NCBI GenBank assembly: GCA_965230975.1
Contig: OZ246402.1
Span: 165,771-229,770 of the forward strand
From: an uncultured Candidatus Saccharibacteria bacterium
Lineage (GTDB): Bacteria > Patescibacteriota > Dojkabacteria > J137
DNA length: 64,000 nucleotides
Direction: 5' to 3'
Shown here: one piece after another, positions 10,275 to 20,250 of the stretch
How positions within the stretch are numbered: position 1 is the first letter of the stretch
Layout: each line of letters begins with the position of its first letter
Program-made: the position numbers and the translations under genes
The notes under the pieces: generated by a model
What the model was told of the DNA's origin: nothing
The model's input: only the letters and a program-made list of their open reading frames with translations
Databases searched by the model: none

Positions 10275-11408
10275 ATGAACAAAACCACTCTTAAGTTCCT
10301 AACATATATTGGCATAGGTGTTATTCTTTTACACTTTGCAATAACCTTTGCCATTAGAGTGAGTCTTATGGCTATGCCAAACGAATGGCTGGCTGCTTTA
10401 TGGCTAAATATATTTGGAATAAATGATTTATACCAAAACATAAAATTTTATGAAATAAACCCCACCCTTGCACCTTTAAATCAATTTTATTACATCGCAT
10501 CTTTCATACTTAGTGGTATAGCAACCCTAATCGTAGGTAGAGGAAGAAATATTATTGAAATATTGGGAATAATGATCTCATTTGCAATTCCACAAAAAAG
10601 AAAATCTTGGGGTAAAATATACAATCTAGAAACCAATGAGCCATTGCCCTTTGCATCTATAAGAATAATTCAAAACGATGAAAACGGACACTTTGTAAAA
10701 GTATTACAAGAAATAGTATCTGATGTAGAAGGAAACTATAGAATTTCTGCATTACAATCAGAAGTAAATGTAGTAGTCCAGGTAAGATTGTCAAGCTTTA
10801 CGACCCTTGAAGTACCAATCACTCAATTAAAAGAAAGAACATCTTCAAATGACATAATAGAAGATATAAACCTAAGTTCAGATACTTCTGCCAAAGGCTC
10901 TTTTATAAACCAAAGACAAAGACTTATTAAAACAATATATAAAATTGTAATTATATTGCTATATATACTCTCCCTTGTAAGCGTAATTACCATCTCTTTT
11001 TATGCACTTAGGTTCGAACTAACTTTAATAGCATTACAATATAATTTAGCAGTATCGATCATTACTTTAATTTGGAATACTAATGTAATATTTAACCTTG
11101 GAAAACCTGAGCTTGGAATGATTTTGGATAAAGAAACTAAGCTACCAATATCTTATTACACAATTAAAGTTTTTAAAGATAACAAGCAGATCTTTTCTAA
11201 AGTTATAGAAAAAAGTGGAAAAATAATACTCCCATTACCAAGTGGCAATTACAAGGCAGATATCTTTAAAGAAGGATATAAAAGTTTAAATGACATAGAC
11301 TTAAAGATTAATAAAAGCGGGTATACAAAAAACAATATTTATTTAGAAAAAGATAGTAAGGTAATTAGTGAAGCAACAAGTGGAAAACTTGCAAACCCTT
11401 TCTCTTAA
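10275..11408 (+). CDS. membrane protein with two carboxypeptidase-regulatory-like (transthyretin/Ig-like) beta-sandwich domains
   Basis: N-terminal TM helices. Segments WGKIYNLETNEPLPFASIRIIQNDENGHF...EGNYRI and LGMILDKETKLPISYYTIKVF...SGNYKADIFKEGYKS resemble CarbopepD_reg-like domains. By-eye call. Confidence 0.4.
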   Translation: MNKTTLKFLTYIGIGVILLHFAITFAIRVSLMAMPNEWLAALWLNIFGINDLYQNIKFYEINPTLAPLNQFYYIASFILSGIATLIVGRGRNIIEILGIMISFAIPQKRKSWGKIYNLETNEPLPFASIRIIQNDENGHFVKVLQEIVSDVEGNYRISALQSEVNVVVQVRLSSFTTLEVPITQLKERTSSNDIIEDINLSSDTSAKGSFINQRQRLIKTIYKIVIILLYILSLVSVITISFYALRFELTLIALQYNLAVSIITLIWNTNVIFNLGKPELGMILDKETKLPISYYTIKVFKDNKQIFSKVIEKSGKIILPLPSGNYKADIFKEGYKSLNDIDLKINKSGYTKNNIYLEKDSKVISEATSGKLANPFS

Positions 11409-11846
11409 TTACTTTCGAGTATTATCAATAATCTTTTGAAGTACTTTAAAGTAAGTCTCAATCTCACTTTCAGAGCACCCATCTAAAATCTTAATAAGCT
11501 TTTTATTAATTTTGGTTCTCATCTTTTTTGCCAACCTTAACCCATCTATAGTTAAACATGCTTCTTTAACACGCTTATCCTCCTCTAATCTTGTAACTTC
11601 TATTAACCTCTTTTCAATAAGTTCGTTTGTTAACTCTGTAATAAAAGGTGCATCTACACCTAAAATCAATGCCATCTCGTTAAAGTTAAAAACCTTTCTA
11701 TCTACAAGTAAATCAAGAAGTGTCCAAGACGAGATTGAAATTTCATATTCTGCAACTAGACTACTTACATAATCTTTTAAAAGCCTATGCGCAATTGTTT
11801 GAATAACTGCGTAGTTTTGCAACTTAAAATCATTTACTATTTGCAT
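11409..11846 (-). CDS. MarR-family winged-helix transcriptional regulator
   Basis: 145 aa. Central wHTH (MALILGVDAPFITELTNELIEKRLIEVTRLEEDKRV) with a MarR-like layout. Directly abuts the convergent upstream gene (stops at 11408 and 11409). Confidence 0.6.
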   Translation of the reverse strand: MQIVNDFKLQNYAVIQTIAHRLLKDYVSSLVAEYEISISSWTLLDLLVDRKVFNFNEMALILGVDAPFITELTNELIEKRLIEVTRLEEDKRVKEACLTIDGLRLAKKMRTKINKKLIKILDGCSESEIETYFKVLQKIIDNTRK

Positions 11847-12048
11847 ATGTTGGTAATAAGATTCAATAATCTTCCCATATAAGCTAATAAATATCCAATT
11901 TGTTATTTAGCTAAAGCTTTTTGGTTGATGCCAATAGGGTTTGCCTGTAAAAGCATTAACGATATTGCTTTAAGACACAATAGTTATAATGCTTAAGTAG
12001 CTAAACTAATTAAAGAATAGTGTAAAATATAATGTTTAAAACAATTAT

Positions 12049-12777
12049 ATGCATATAATATTAGTTTCCTTTTTAGCTGGTATCTTGACAGTATTAACAC
12101 CCTGCTCTTTTACTTTGTTACCTGTAATATTGAGTACAGGCTTAGAAAATACAAAAAGTAAAAAGAGACCGTATTTAATTATTTTATCATTAGCATTATC
12201 TGTAATTTTATTTACATTATTATTAAAAGCCACAACCGCATTAATTGATATTCCTTTACAAACATGGAATATTCTATCGGGCATTTTAATTATTTTTGTT
12301 GCACTCTCTTTTTTATACCCCGATTTGTTTAGTAGAATTTTAAAGAAAAACCCAATAACCTTAAAAAGTGAGTCGGTATTTAAAAATAGTTTTGAATCGC
12401 AAAGCACTATTACATCAATACTTGCAGGAATTTCTTTAGGACCAATTTTTACTGGCTGCAGTCCAACATATTTATTAATAGTTTCTGTATTATTACCCAC
12501 AGATTTTTTTAGTGGATTAATTTACTTGCTTGCATATGTTTTTGGACTATCGACAATTCTTATTCTGGTATTATTTGGAGGAAGATCTATTGTTAATAAA
12601 TTCAAATGGGCAATTAATCCTCAAGGCAAATTTAAAAAGCTGTTGGCAATTGTAATGATTATCTTTGGAATATTAATCATTTCTGGCCTTTACAAGCAAA
12701 TAGAATCTTCTTTGTTAAGTGCCGATTTTTCTAGGAATATTATTAATTTTGAGAGAGGTTTTTTGCAAAACAATTAG
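12049..12777 (+). CDS. CcdA/DsbD-family cytochrome c biogenesis / thiol-disulfide transporter-like membrane protein
   Basis: LAGILTVLTPCSFTLLPVIL matches the DsbD/CcdA TM1 cysteine motif. About 6 TM helices, and a second Cys in GCSPTYLL. Confidence 0.55.
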   Translation: MHIILVSFLAGILTVLTPCSFTLLPVILSTGLENTKSKKRPYLIILSLALSVILFTLLLKATTALIDIPLQTWNILSGILIIFVALSFLYPDLFSRILKKNPITLKSESVFKNSFESQSTITSILAGISLGPIFTGCSPTYLLIVSVLLPTDFFSGLIYLLAYVFGLSTILILVLFGGRSIVNKFKWAINPQGKFKKLLAIVMIIFGILIISGLYKQIESSLLSADFSRNIINFERGFLQNN

Positions 12778-13907
12778 ATTCTTTTTAAAACAACAAATTT
12801 TTCTAAATGATCGGTATTTGGAAAAAAGTCATACTCTTTTTGATGAATAACATCGTAATTGTTTTCTAGAATCTTTATATCTCTTTCTTGTGTTTCTGGG
12901 TTACAAGATAAATAAAACACATATTCTGGTTTCGCACTCAAAATCGCTTCTAAAACTTTTGGCATGCAACCGGCTCTTGGGGGGTCTAGAAATAATATAG
13001 CTTCGGTTGATAATAGTGTTGTTAAATTAGCATCTTCAGATCTAGATTCGTAAAAGTCATAGTTTGTTAGTCCATTTATCTTCGCATTTTTTATTGCATA
13101 TTGCTTAGATCCTGGAAACAACTCTACCCCAACAACTTTATTAAATAAGTCTCCATGGTAAATTCCAATTGTTCCAACCCCGGCATATAAATCTAAAAGG
13201 TAACTTCTTTTTGATTCTGGTAATTCAGATACTATTTTGTAAGAATCTTTTAAAAATTCTTGCACAACAGGAATGTTGATTTGAAAAAATCCATCTGCAG
13301 GGAATGAGAATTCTTTTGTACCCAGCTTTTCTATAAGTTCTTTGGTCCCAACCTCAGACATAAGTTGAGTTTGAACAAACGCGGGAGATTTTTTTGTGGA
13401 ATGATAAATATATACGCCTTTCATTAGTTTTGGGTCAAAAAAATCTCCCGCATCTAATTTTAGTTCTTCATCTTTTATATAAATAAATACAACAGATTTA
13501 TCTTCAAAAGTAGAATACCTAAGCATTATTCCTTTTATTTGAAACTTTTTAACACCTTTTTGGTTTATCAATTTGATTACATGTTTTGCTGCTTGGTTTA
13601 AATTTGGAAGAGCTAAATCAGAACCTTCATCTGTAATTATTAAACCTCTTTTAGACCCTTGAACGTGCTGAGCCAAATGTAACACCTCTTGGTCATCTAC
13701 ATAAATCGAATACTCCATTTTTGTTCTATATGCGTTTGTCATATGCGAATTATACTCTATGTTTAAAAATATTATTGCATTTGAATTTAAGATTTTATAA
13801 AAATTTTGCATCTTCTGACCTCGATTTAAAAAACTCATGGGTTTAACATTTTTATTTTTTAATAGCATAATCAACCCAGTAATGAGTTTATGCCATACAA
13901 ATTTCAA
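12774..13907 (-). CDS. class I SAM-dependent RNA (uracil-5)-methyltransferase, RlmD/TrmA family
   Basis: LDLYAGVGTIGIY (motif I), FLDPPRAG (motif IV) and LSCNPET (catalytic Cys motif) are diagnostic for the m5U RNA methyltransferase family. Confidence 0.75.
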   Translation of the reverse strand: MKFVWHKLITGLIMLLKNKNVKPMSFLNRGQKMQNFYKILNSNAIIFLNIEYNSHMTNAYRTKMEYSIYVDDQEVLHLAQHVQGSKRGLIITDEGSDLALPNLNQAAKHVIKLINQKGVKKFQIKGIMLRYSTFEDKSVVFIYIKDEELKLDAGDFFDPKLMKGVYIYHSTKKSPAFVQTQLMSEVGTKELIEKLGTKEFSFPADGFFQINIPVVQEFLKDSYKIVSELPESKRSYLLDLYAGVGTIGIYHGDLFNKVVGVELFPGSKQYAIKNAKINGLTNYDFYESRSEDANLTTLLSTEAILFLDPPRAGCMPKVLEAILSAKPEYVFYLSCNPETQERDIKILENNYDVIHQKEYDFFPNTDHLEKFVVLKRI

Positions 13908-13980
13908 AGATAGAAAAGTACTTTTTGTAAAAGTAATTAGATTAATGAGATACTGTATTTATTAATCTTAAAAAATTCAT

Positions 13981-14286
13981 ATGAGCGTAAATCCTACAAG
14001 TTCAAAAACAAAACTAATTGCTGCAATTCTAGTTGGTGTGGTGCTGATTTTAGGTATAGTTATTGGTGCGTTAGTTTATTCTAATACTCCAAAAGACATG
14101 TCTTTTAACAGCGATATTTGCTGGAATACTGTGCTAGATGGAGAATACTGGGCAAATGGTTGTAAAGGCTCTAAAAACAAAGACTTAATGTGTACGGAGG
14201 CATTGGTTAAATTAACACCAGAAGAAAAAGTCGAATATCAAAAGTGGGTTAATGCAGGAAAACCTTTAATTGAAGGTTGCGATTAA
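13981..14286 (+). CDS. small membrane-anchored/secreted Cys-containing hypothetical protein
   Basis: 101 aa. N-terminal TM/signal (LIAAILVGVVLILGIVIGALVY) and 5 Cys in the exported part. Confidence 0.4.
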   Translation: MSVNPTSSKTKLIAAILVGVVLILGIVIGALVYSNTPKDMSFNSDICWNTVLDGEYWANGCKGSKNKDLMCTEALVKLTPEEKVEYQKWVNAGKPLIEGCD

Positions 14287-14340
14287 CAAATCTTAAGTTT
14301 CACTTTGTTTAAAGAAAAGAAAAATTTGATATACCAAAAC

Positions 14341-14370
14341 AAAGGCCCCGACAAGGTCGGGGCCTTTTAA
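14341..14370. terminator. bidirectional rho-independent terminator
   Basis: GGCCCCGAC-AAG-GTCGGGGCC (9-bp GC-rich stem, 14344-14364) flanked by AAA and TTTTAAA. Sits between convergent genes ending at 14286 (+) and 14387 (-). Confidence 0.8.
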
Positions 14371-14386
14371 ATCTCAAATTAATTAA

Positions 14387-16405
14387 TTAAGGGCATGCAT
14401 CAAATTCACAGTTTAACTTTGGGTTTCTACCAACATAACTTCCATCTGGGCAAACTTTTGCATCCATAGTACAAGCAATATCTGTAGATCCTGACCCTGT
14501 GGAACCATCTCCAATTCCAGGGTCTACAGGGATTGGTCTATTTGCAACTTCTAATAAAGCGGTTTTAATAAAATTATAATCGCTTGTATTATTTGGGTTG
14601 TAGGCTTTCAAATTTAAATCAGAAGCTGCAACTTTCGTACCTGTATAAACATCTTTAGATGCACTATAGACATGTCCATTATATTCAAAAATAATGTAAG
14701 CATAGTCATAAGTTGATTCTTCAGCTGAATCTGGGGCCATTATTCTTGAATCGCTAGATACACCTGAGTTAGATGATGTAGCAACTCCCTCTCTTAAATA
14801 GTACCAGTTTTGAGTTGCTGTAAATGTTAAAAGTGTAGCGTTAACATTTACACCATTTATTTTTATTACAATATTTTCTGCGGATTTATTTTGAACCTCA
14901 GAAAAAGTATTGCTTTTAGAATCAGAAACCTGAGCAATTGTTGTACCTTTTTCAAAACTTTCAATGTACATTGTTGTATTACCATCATCTTTAACAAAGT
15001 TGAAATTACTTTCTGCCGTTAAGTATGTTGAAACATCAGTTGGATTGTATAGTTTGAATAAATCATCTCCAAGTGAGCCACTTGGATAAAACGCTCTATC
15101 TGCTCTGTAATTTGAATTAGTAGGCTCTGTAGTTGTATTTACATAGGAGTACCCATAACTTATAGTATAAGTTTCCGGAATTAATACATAGGTTTGAGTT
15201 GATTTCAAAGCATCTATAGTTCTCGTTGCCTCTTTTTCTGCAGAATACTCTTCTGCAGGTATGTATGGATAAATAACATCTTTAACCGGTACATTTACTC
15301 CTAAGGTGAAGATACTATTAGCTTCTGCTTCCGTTATTGTTTTTGTCTCTACTGTAACTATTGTACTGCTCATTAAGTTTGCTGCATCTGCACTACCTAA
15401 ATATGTTTTGGTATCTAAAATAGAATATGTTTCTGAATTTATTTTGTTTTCATAAACAACTGTTGACTCTACGTTGTTACATAAAAGTGAATAAGAGTAT
15501 CTTAAAACGTAATAAGTTTTTCCATTTTCAGATACGGTACCAACAATTTTTGCATCTGGCCCAAAGTATTGTGTTACTAATGTCTCATAATCTGGTTCTG
15601 TGGCTTGAGATTCTTCTGGTGTTGTGGGCCCAGACACAGCTTCGTCTAATACAGCAGTGCCAGCTAACGGCGAAATACTAACGTTTGTTGGGCCTTGGTC
15701 ATAAACATTTCTAACTGCATAGCTTCCACCTGCATAGTCAAAGTAAATGGAGTTATTACCCTCGTATTTGGACACACTTAAATTTGTAATTTGGTTATTG
15801 GCACTGTAAGTAACATATTTATACATGTAAGATCTGTAATCTGATCCTCCGTTGGGTCTGAATTCGTATGTATCTGAAATCGAAGTTACTTTATCAAAGT
15901 TAAATGCATTTTCACACTTACTAGCTGCAGGGCCTGCAGTTATTGAAGTTCTGGTGTATCTGTAATTTGCTCCATTAAAGTCATCTATTATTGGGGCTAT
16001 GGTTAGGGAACTAGCCATGTCGCTTGCTCCTGCATTTCTTGCAGGGCTTAATGCTGCCCCTTCTTGTATTGTAGATACAGAGTTATTTGCTAAAACTTTA
16101 GAAAGTATCGCTAAGGTATCTTCTTTTGAATAACCAGAGCCTTTTTTTAATTGTGCTAAATAGTAAACAGAAAAAGCAGATACCGCAACAACAAAAATAG
16201 CTACTGTTATGACCGATGCAATCAATACTTTGTTTTTCATAATCTTGTAAATAAATAAGTTATTATTTGTGTACTCTTTTTGATCAGAAAGAGTAAACTC
16301 TTTAAGCGAATTTTCAGCTATGCTACTCCATTCTATATCAATTTTAGATTTAGAAGTAAGTAATATCTCTTTTAATTTTGTATCATTTAATTTTTCCATT
16401 TGCAA
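14387..16405 (-). CDS. anti-sigma-factor-like single-pass membrane protein with a large extracytoplasmic S/T/N-rich domain and a C-terminal Cys-rich module
   Basis: 672 aa. Short cytoplasmic N-terminus, one TM (VLIASVITVAIFVVAVSAFSVYY), then ~580 aa extracellular. Ends with CTMDAKVCPDGSYVGRNPKLNCEFDACP. Start overlaps the upstream ECF sigma gene by 23 nt. Confidence 0.55.
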   Translation of the reverse strand: MQMEKLNDTKLKEILLTSKSKIDIEWSSIAENSLKEFTLSDQKEYTNNNLFIYKIMKNKVLIASVITVAIFVVAVSAFSVYYLAQLKKGSGYSKEDTLAILSKVLANNSVSTIQEGAALSPARNAGASDMASSLTIAPIIDDFNGANYRYTRTSITAGPAASKCENAFNFDKVTSISDTYEFRPNGGSDYRSYMYKYVTYSANNQITNLSVSKYEGNNSIYFDYAGGSYAVRNVYDQGPTNVSISPLAGTAVLDEAVSGPTTPEESQATEPDYETLVTQYFGPDAKIVGTVSENGKTYYVLRYSYSLLCNNVESTVVYENKINSETYSILDTKTYLGSADAANLMSSTIVTVETKTITEAEANSIFTLGVNVPVKDVIYPYIPAEEYSAEKEATRTIDALKSTQTYVLIPETYTISYGYSYVNTTTEPTNSNYRADRAFYPSGSLGDDLFKLYNPTDVSTYLTAESNFNFVKDDGNTTMYIESFEKGTTIAQVSDSKSNTFSEVQNKSAENIVIKINGVNVNATLLTFTATQNWYYLREGVATSSNSGVSSDSRIMAPDSAEESTYDYAYIIFEYNGHVYSASKDVYTGTKVAASDLNLKAYNPNNTSDYNFIKTALLEVANRPIPVDPGIGDGSTGSGSTDIACTMDAKVCPDGSYVGRNPKLNCEFDACP

Positions 16406-16868
16406 TATTTTTTAATTTATCAAAAGCTCTAAAAACTGAAACCCTAATAGTGTTTTCATTTTCACTATAAATTTCTGAAATTTCTTTGTATGTGTACCCC
16501 AATACATAATGTAATATTACTAACTCCTGCTCTCTTGGCTTCATTTGTTGCAAAGACTTTGCAACATAGAATTTATAAAGTTCATTTTCGCTTTCTTCTA
16601 TTTCAAAATCTTTATCTAAACCTATTTCTTTGTTATTTTTCTTTAAGCTATCTTTAGTGCTATTACTTGCGATTTGAAATAACCAATTTCTTAAATTTCC
16701 ACCTTTAAACAAATCTCTTTTAACCCAGGCTTTTTCAAATGTCTCTTGAGTTATGTCTTCTGCTAAATCTTTAACTCTATTACATCTGAAAAACACAAAT
16801 GTAAAAATATCTTCACGATAAAGGCGAAAGGCTTCTATTAGGTTTTCCCAAGTTTTAAGTTCATTCAT
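16383..16868 (-). CDS. ECF-type sigma-70 family RNA polymerase sigma factor
   Basis: Region 2 (DITQETFEKAWVKRDLF...NWLFQIASNSTKD) and region 4 HTH (EQELVILHYVLGYTYKEISEIYSENENTIRVSVFRAFDKLK). Confidence 0.8.
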   Translation of the reverse strand: MNELKTWENLIEAFRLYREDIFTFVFFRCNRVKDLAEDITQETFEKAWVKRDLFKGGNLRNWLFQIASNSTKDSLKKNNKEIGLDKDFEIEESENELYKFYVAKSLQQMKPREQELVILHYVLGYTYKEISEIYSENENTIRVSVFRAFDKLKNIANGKIK

Positions 16869-16933
16869 TAAATATTTTGCGTACTCTATATAAACGAGTA
16901 AAAATAGATTTTGTTACAGATTTTTTTTGGGAA

Positions 16934-17272
16934 TTAGCAAGGTTTAAACTCGCATTTGTTGTTTGGGTCTCTTATTACGAAACTACTATCTTCGCATTGT
17001 TTTACATCTTGTGGGCAGTAAATTACACCATTTGTTGGAGCAATTGCTTTACTACAGTTAAACTGACAACTGTTTAAAGGGTCTCTGCTAGCATAACCCC
17101 CGTTTTCACATATTTGAACATCTTCTTGGCATTTTATGTTTGTTACTATATCTCCAGAAATAAGGGTTAAGTCTTTAGATGTAGCTAATGGAAGGTTGAT
17201 TACAAAGATTGCAACTGCAACAGCACCAAATACTATAAATACAAATGTAAATATTATTAAGAATTTCTTCAT
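16934..17272 (-). CDS. small secreted protein made of two Cys-rich modules
   Basis: 112 aa. Signal/TM (FLIIFTFVFIVFGAVAVAIFVI), then CQEDVQICENGGYASRDPLNSCQFNCS and CPQDVKQCEDSSFVIRDPNNKCEFKPC. Same C-x5-C-x-DG/S-S-[YF]-x-x-R-[DN]-P-x3-C-[EQ]-F-x2-C spacing as the C-terminus of the 672-aa protein. Confidence 0.5.
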   Translation of the reverse strand: MKKFLIIFTFVFIVFGAVAVAIFVINLPLATSKDLTLISGDIVTNIKCQEDVQICENGGYASRDPLNSCQFNCSKAIAPTNGVIYCPQDVKQCEDSSFVIRDPNNKCEFKPC

Positions 17273-17400
17273 ATACTTTAATATATTAGGTGGAAATTCA
17301 ATTTATTGCAATATCTTGGTTAAATTGCTTTTTGAAAGCAAGCTTAATTTACCTTGCACCAAGTTAACGTAATAGTCGTTAAAAAAAATAATCAATTCAA

Positions 17401-17435
17401 AAACAAAAAAAGGGCCTTTCGAAGAAAGGCCCTTG
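17401..17435 (-). terminator. rho-independent terminator for the 520-aa gene (minus strand)
   Basis: GGGCCTTT-cgaag-AAAGGCCC (17411-17431). Read on the minus strand it is followed by a T7 run (complement of 17404-17410). Confidence 0.7.
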
Positions 17436-17456
17436 GAATTAATGTGTTTAATAGGA

Positions 17457-19019
17457 TTAGGATTCGTTTCCCCAAAGTAGTTTTTCAAATTCTATTGGGT
17501 ATAGTTCTCTAAACACTCTTTTGAAATTTCCTTGTCTTAAATTCACCCGTTCAGGCAGATTTTCAGGGTTCTTGCTTAATTGTTCTTGATAATCTTCCTC
17601 ATCAAGCTCTAGTGAAAGGGAATAAACTTGAATTAAATTATAGAATACAGGGTGCATAATATATTCATTAGCTAGCTGATCAAAATCTACATCTGTATTA
17701 AAAATTAGCTTACTTAAAAATTCTAAGATAATTGCATCTGCTTCGTTTTGATCTATTCTGTAACCATTTTCAAATTTTTCATTTACTTCATCTGTTAAGA
17801 TTACTTTATCTGAAACTTGCGTTTTTATATGGGTAAGTGCGTTTAAGAATTCAATAGCAGGCTGAGAAACAGGATCACTGTTAGTTGAATCCATATTCAT
17901 TAACACCATATCTTTTTGTAGAGTTCGGGCTAGTCTTATATTGGCTTTTTCTAATGAGATGTGTCTTTGAGCTGGATTTACCTCTTTTGGAAAAAGAGGT
18001 GTTACGTCAACTAATTTATACTCAACAGAACCGTTCATCCAGTTAATTATGTTCAAAGCACCTTCGATAGTAAAGAATAAAACCTCCCTTTGATCAGATC
18101 CATCTACTGCAACATCTGATCTGTATAATTTTTGCCACATTGCATAGTCTAACTTAAACTTTCTTTTGAAAGCTAAGTTGCTACTTGTAGCCCTAACTAA
18201 ATTTAGTTTTTTAAGAACTTCAAAAATGTCGTCTAAAGTAATGTAATAGTCAGTGAAGTTGCTTATTTCTGCTCTGCTTACAATGTCCTTATCTGCTCTT
18301 ATTTGGCGTATCTTTCTATAAATTACAGAATTTTTACTTATAAAATCCTTTCTTTCGCTATCGGAGAATTTATTAAGTTCTCTTAGGTATCTAATAAAGT
18401 TAAAAATTCTACTATCCCACTTCAAATCATCAATCTCACTGTCTTCTGTAATTAATCCATAATGATATAAGTGTTCTGAAATACTAGTTCTGCTATAACC
18501 TGTCATTTCTTGCAACATTGAAAGTCTAACAGAACCATTTAAGCCTCTCTCTTCTAATATTTTATTTAAAAAGTTTTGTACTGATTTACCCAGGGCTATT
18601 AATATTTTGTTTTCTATATAAGCACCCTTCTCTATCTCCTGAAGGTTTCGGATAAGTTCATCAATATTATCTCTTCTATCCTTCCACACTAATAAGTGAT
18701 GTTGGGCAATAAGTTTGGTTTGTGTTACTTCTGCGAATGATGCTGAGGTTCTCGACATAGTCAATTCAGCATTGAAATACTGTTCTATATAGAAATTTAC
18801 ATACTCTTGAAATTTTTGGGAAACATAATCAAGAAATCCTTTAATTAATGCTGTGTATGATTTTGCAGACAGCAATTCAATTAATTCTTCATTTGTTGGA
18901 TTAGAAGCAATGCCAAGTGATCCGACATATCTAAACGTATCTTCCATTTCTTCCACAGCATTTCTTAGAGCTGTATTGTTTGTTAGATTGTTTATGCTAC
19001 TAAGAAGGTTAATATCCAT
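17457..19019 (-). CDS. hypothetical protein
   Basis: 520-aa ORF between the two ECF operons. No recognised motif. Confidence 0.4.
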   Translation of the reverse strand: MDINLLSSINNLTNNTALRNAVEEMEDTFRYVGSLGIASNPTNEELIELLSAKSYTALIKGFLDYVSQKFQEYVNFYIEQYFNAELTMSRTSASFAEVTQTKLIAQHHLLVWKDRRDNIDELIRNLQEIEKGAYIENKILIALGKSVQNFLNKILEERGLNGSVRLSMLQEMTGYSRTSISEHLYHYGLITEDSEIDDLKWDSRIFNFIRYLRELNKFSDSERKDFISKNSVIYRKIRQIRADKDIVSRAEISNFTDYYITLDDIFEVLKKLNLVRATSSNLAFKRKFKLDYAMWQKLYRSDVAVDGSDQREVLFFTIEGALNIINWMNGSVEYKLVDVTPLFPKEVNPAQRHISLEKANIRLARTLQKDMVLMNMDSTNSDPVSQPAIEFLNALTHIKTQVSDKVILTDEVNEKFENGYRIDQNEADAIILEFLSKLIFNTDVDFDQLANEYIMHPVFYNLIQVYSLSLELDEEDYQEQLSKNPENLPERVNLRQGNFKRVFRELYPIEFEKLLWGNES

Positions 19020-19135
19020 AATAGTTGATAATTAATATATCCTAATTATATCACCGAATACAGGAGTTTGTCACCAGCCGATGATGACAGGTCTTTGAGG
19101 GGGGTGCAAAGAATGCCCTTTGGATAATGTGTTTT

Positions 19136-20224
19136 TTAAAGCGTATAGCTTACCGGCAAGGAGATTTGCTCTTCAAGGGTTAAGTTTAAATCATACTCAA
19201 ATTCGCGTTCTACTTTTGAAACATCAATTTGCTTCTCTCTTTTATAAAAAGTTTGAGTATATAAAAGATTAAAACTGTTAATATTGTTCAAATAAGTTTC
19301 ACTAAACTCTAGTTCGAAACTTACAGTATTAAAATAGCTTAAAGTAATAAGTTTTGATTTAGAATTCGCACTATAAGAAGTCGGAAAAGACGCAGGATTT
19401 ATACAATCAAAAATGCTTTGAGTTTTTAAAACATAAAACTCTTTGCCGTTCTTTTTAATTTGCATATCTAAAATAGTATCTTCAAAAAATATATCTTCTG
19501 AAGAAGCTCGAACTGAGTATGAAACTGGATAAGAGTTAACCTCTTGAGTATTCTTAGGTAAATTTAATGTTGAAAAATTTCTAACCACTGTACCCTCTTC
19601 ACTTAACAGGTATTCTTCCAAACTTTGACCCTTTAATTTAGATAAATTATATCTAGTCACATTATTATTTAAATCCCTAGATATAATTTTAGAGAAATAC
19701 TTTGTTTTATCTCTGTACTCACTAAAGAAAGTAGTGCCACTTTTAACATTAAGCGCGGAACACTCATTTGAATATGTTTGGGTAAAAGTTGAAAACTCTG
19801 CTAAAAAATAGTCTTGAGTAAAGTTTTGTTGAATGGACGTAATATCCATTTGTGGATCAATATTTGTGCTTGTTGGATTGGACTTAACGCTTGCTTCGAT
19901 TACCTTAATAGGGTTGTTTTTAATAATGTTTTGGTAAACATTAGCTTTTTCTTCTACGCTAAAGTTAGTATTAACTGTTTGTACAGATGGGGCAATACCA
20001 CCGCTAAAACTATTAACTAAAAAAATTAATGCCAAAGATAAAATTGCCAAAGATCCAAAATAAAAGGATAGTTTAGGCAAAATACTAGGTTTTTTGTAAT
20101 ATTCTTTAATAACCTCTACTTTCAAGGAGTGTTTAAAATTGGGATCAGCAACAATATCTTTCTTTGCAAAAGCTTTTAAAAAAACCTTTTCTTCTTTTGT
20201 AAAATCGCTCATTAATGTATTCAT
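19136..20224 (-). CDS. anti-sigma-factor-like single-pass membrane protein
   Basis: 362 aa. About 50-aa cytoplasmic N-terminus, TM (LSFYFGSLAILSLALIFLV), extracytoplasmic remainder. Lies 27 nt downstream of an ECF sigma gene. Confidence 0.45.
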   Translation of the reverse strand: MNTLMSDFTKEEKVFLKAFAKKDIVADPNFKHSLKVEVIKEYYKKPSILPKLSFYFGSLAILSLALIFLVNSFSGGIAPSVQTVNTNFSVEEKANVYQNIIKNNPIKVIEASVKSNPTSTNIDPQMDITSIQQNFTQDYFLAEFSTFTQTYSNECSALNVKSGTTFFSEYRDKTKYFSKIISRDLNNNVTRYNLSKLKGQSLEEYLLSEEGTVVRNFSTLNLPKNTQEVNSYPVSYSVRASSEDIFFEDTILDMQIKKNGKEFYVLKTQSIFDCINPASFPTSYSANSKSKLITLSYFNTVSFELEFSETYLNNINSFNLLYTQTFYKREKQIDVSKVEREFEYDLNLTLEEQISLPVSYTL

Positions 20225-20250
20225 TTAAATATAAAGTCTTGCCTGGAGTA

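Noticed and set aside
12045-12500. 151-aa minus-strand ORF overlapping the ccdA-like gene
   Set aside because: It is antisense to a membrane-protein gene with a clear DsbD/CcdA Cys motif, and it is a hydrophobic mirror ORF typical of AT-rich antisense frames.
19020-19135. Inverted repeats (TGTCA..TGACA, GGGxGCA..TGCCC) downstream of the anti-sigma-like gene as a terminator
   Set aside because: The stems are imperfect and not followed by a U-run on the minus strand. Insufficient to call.
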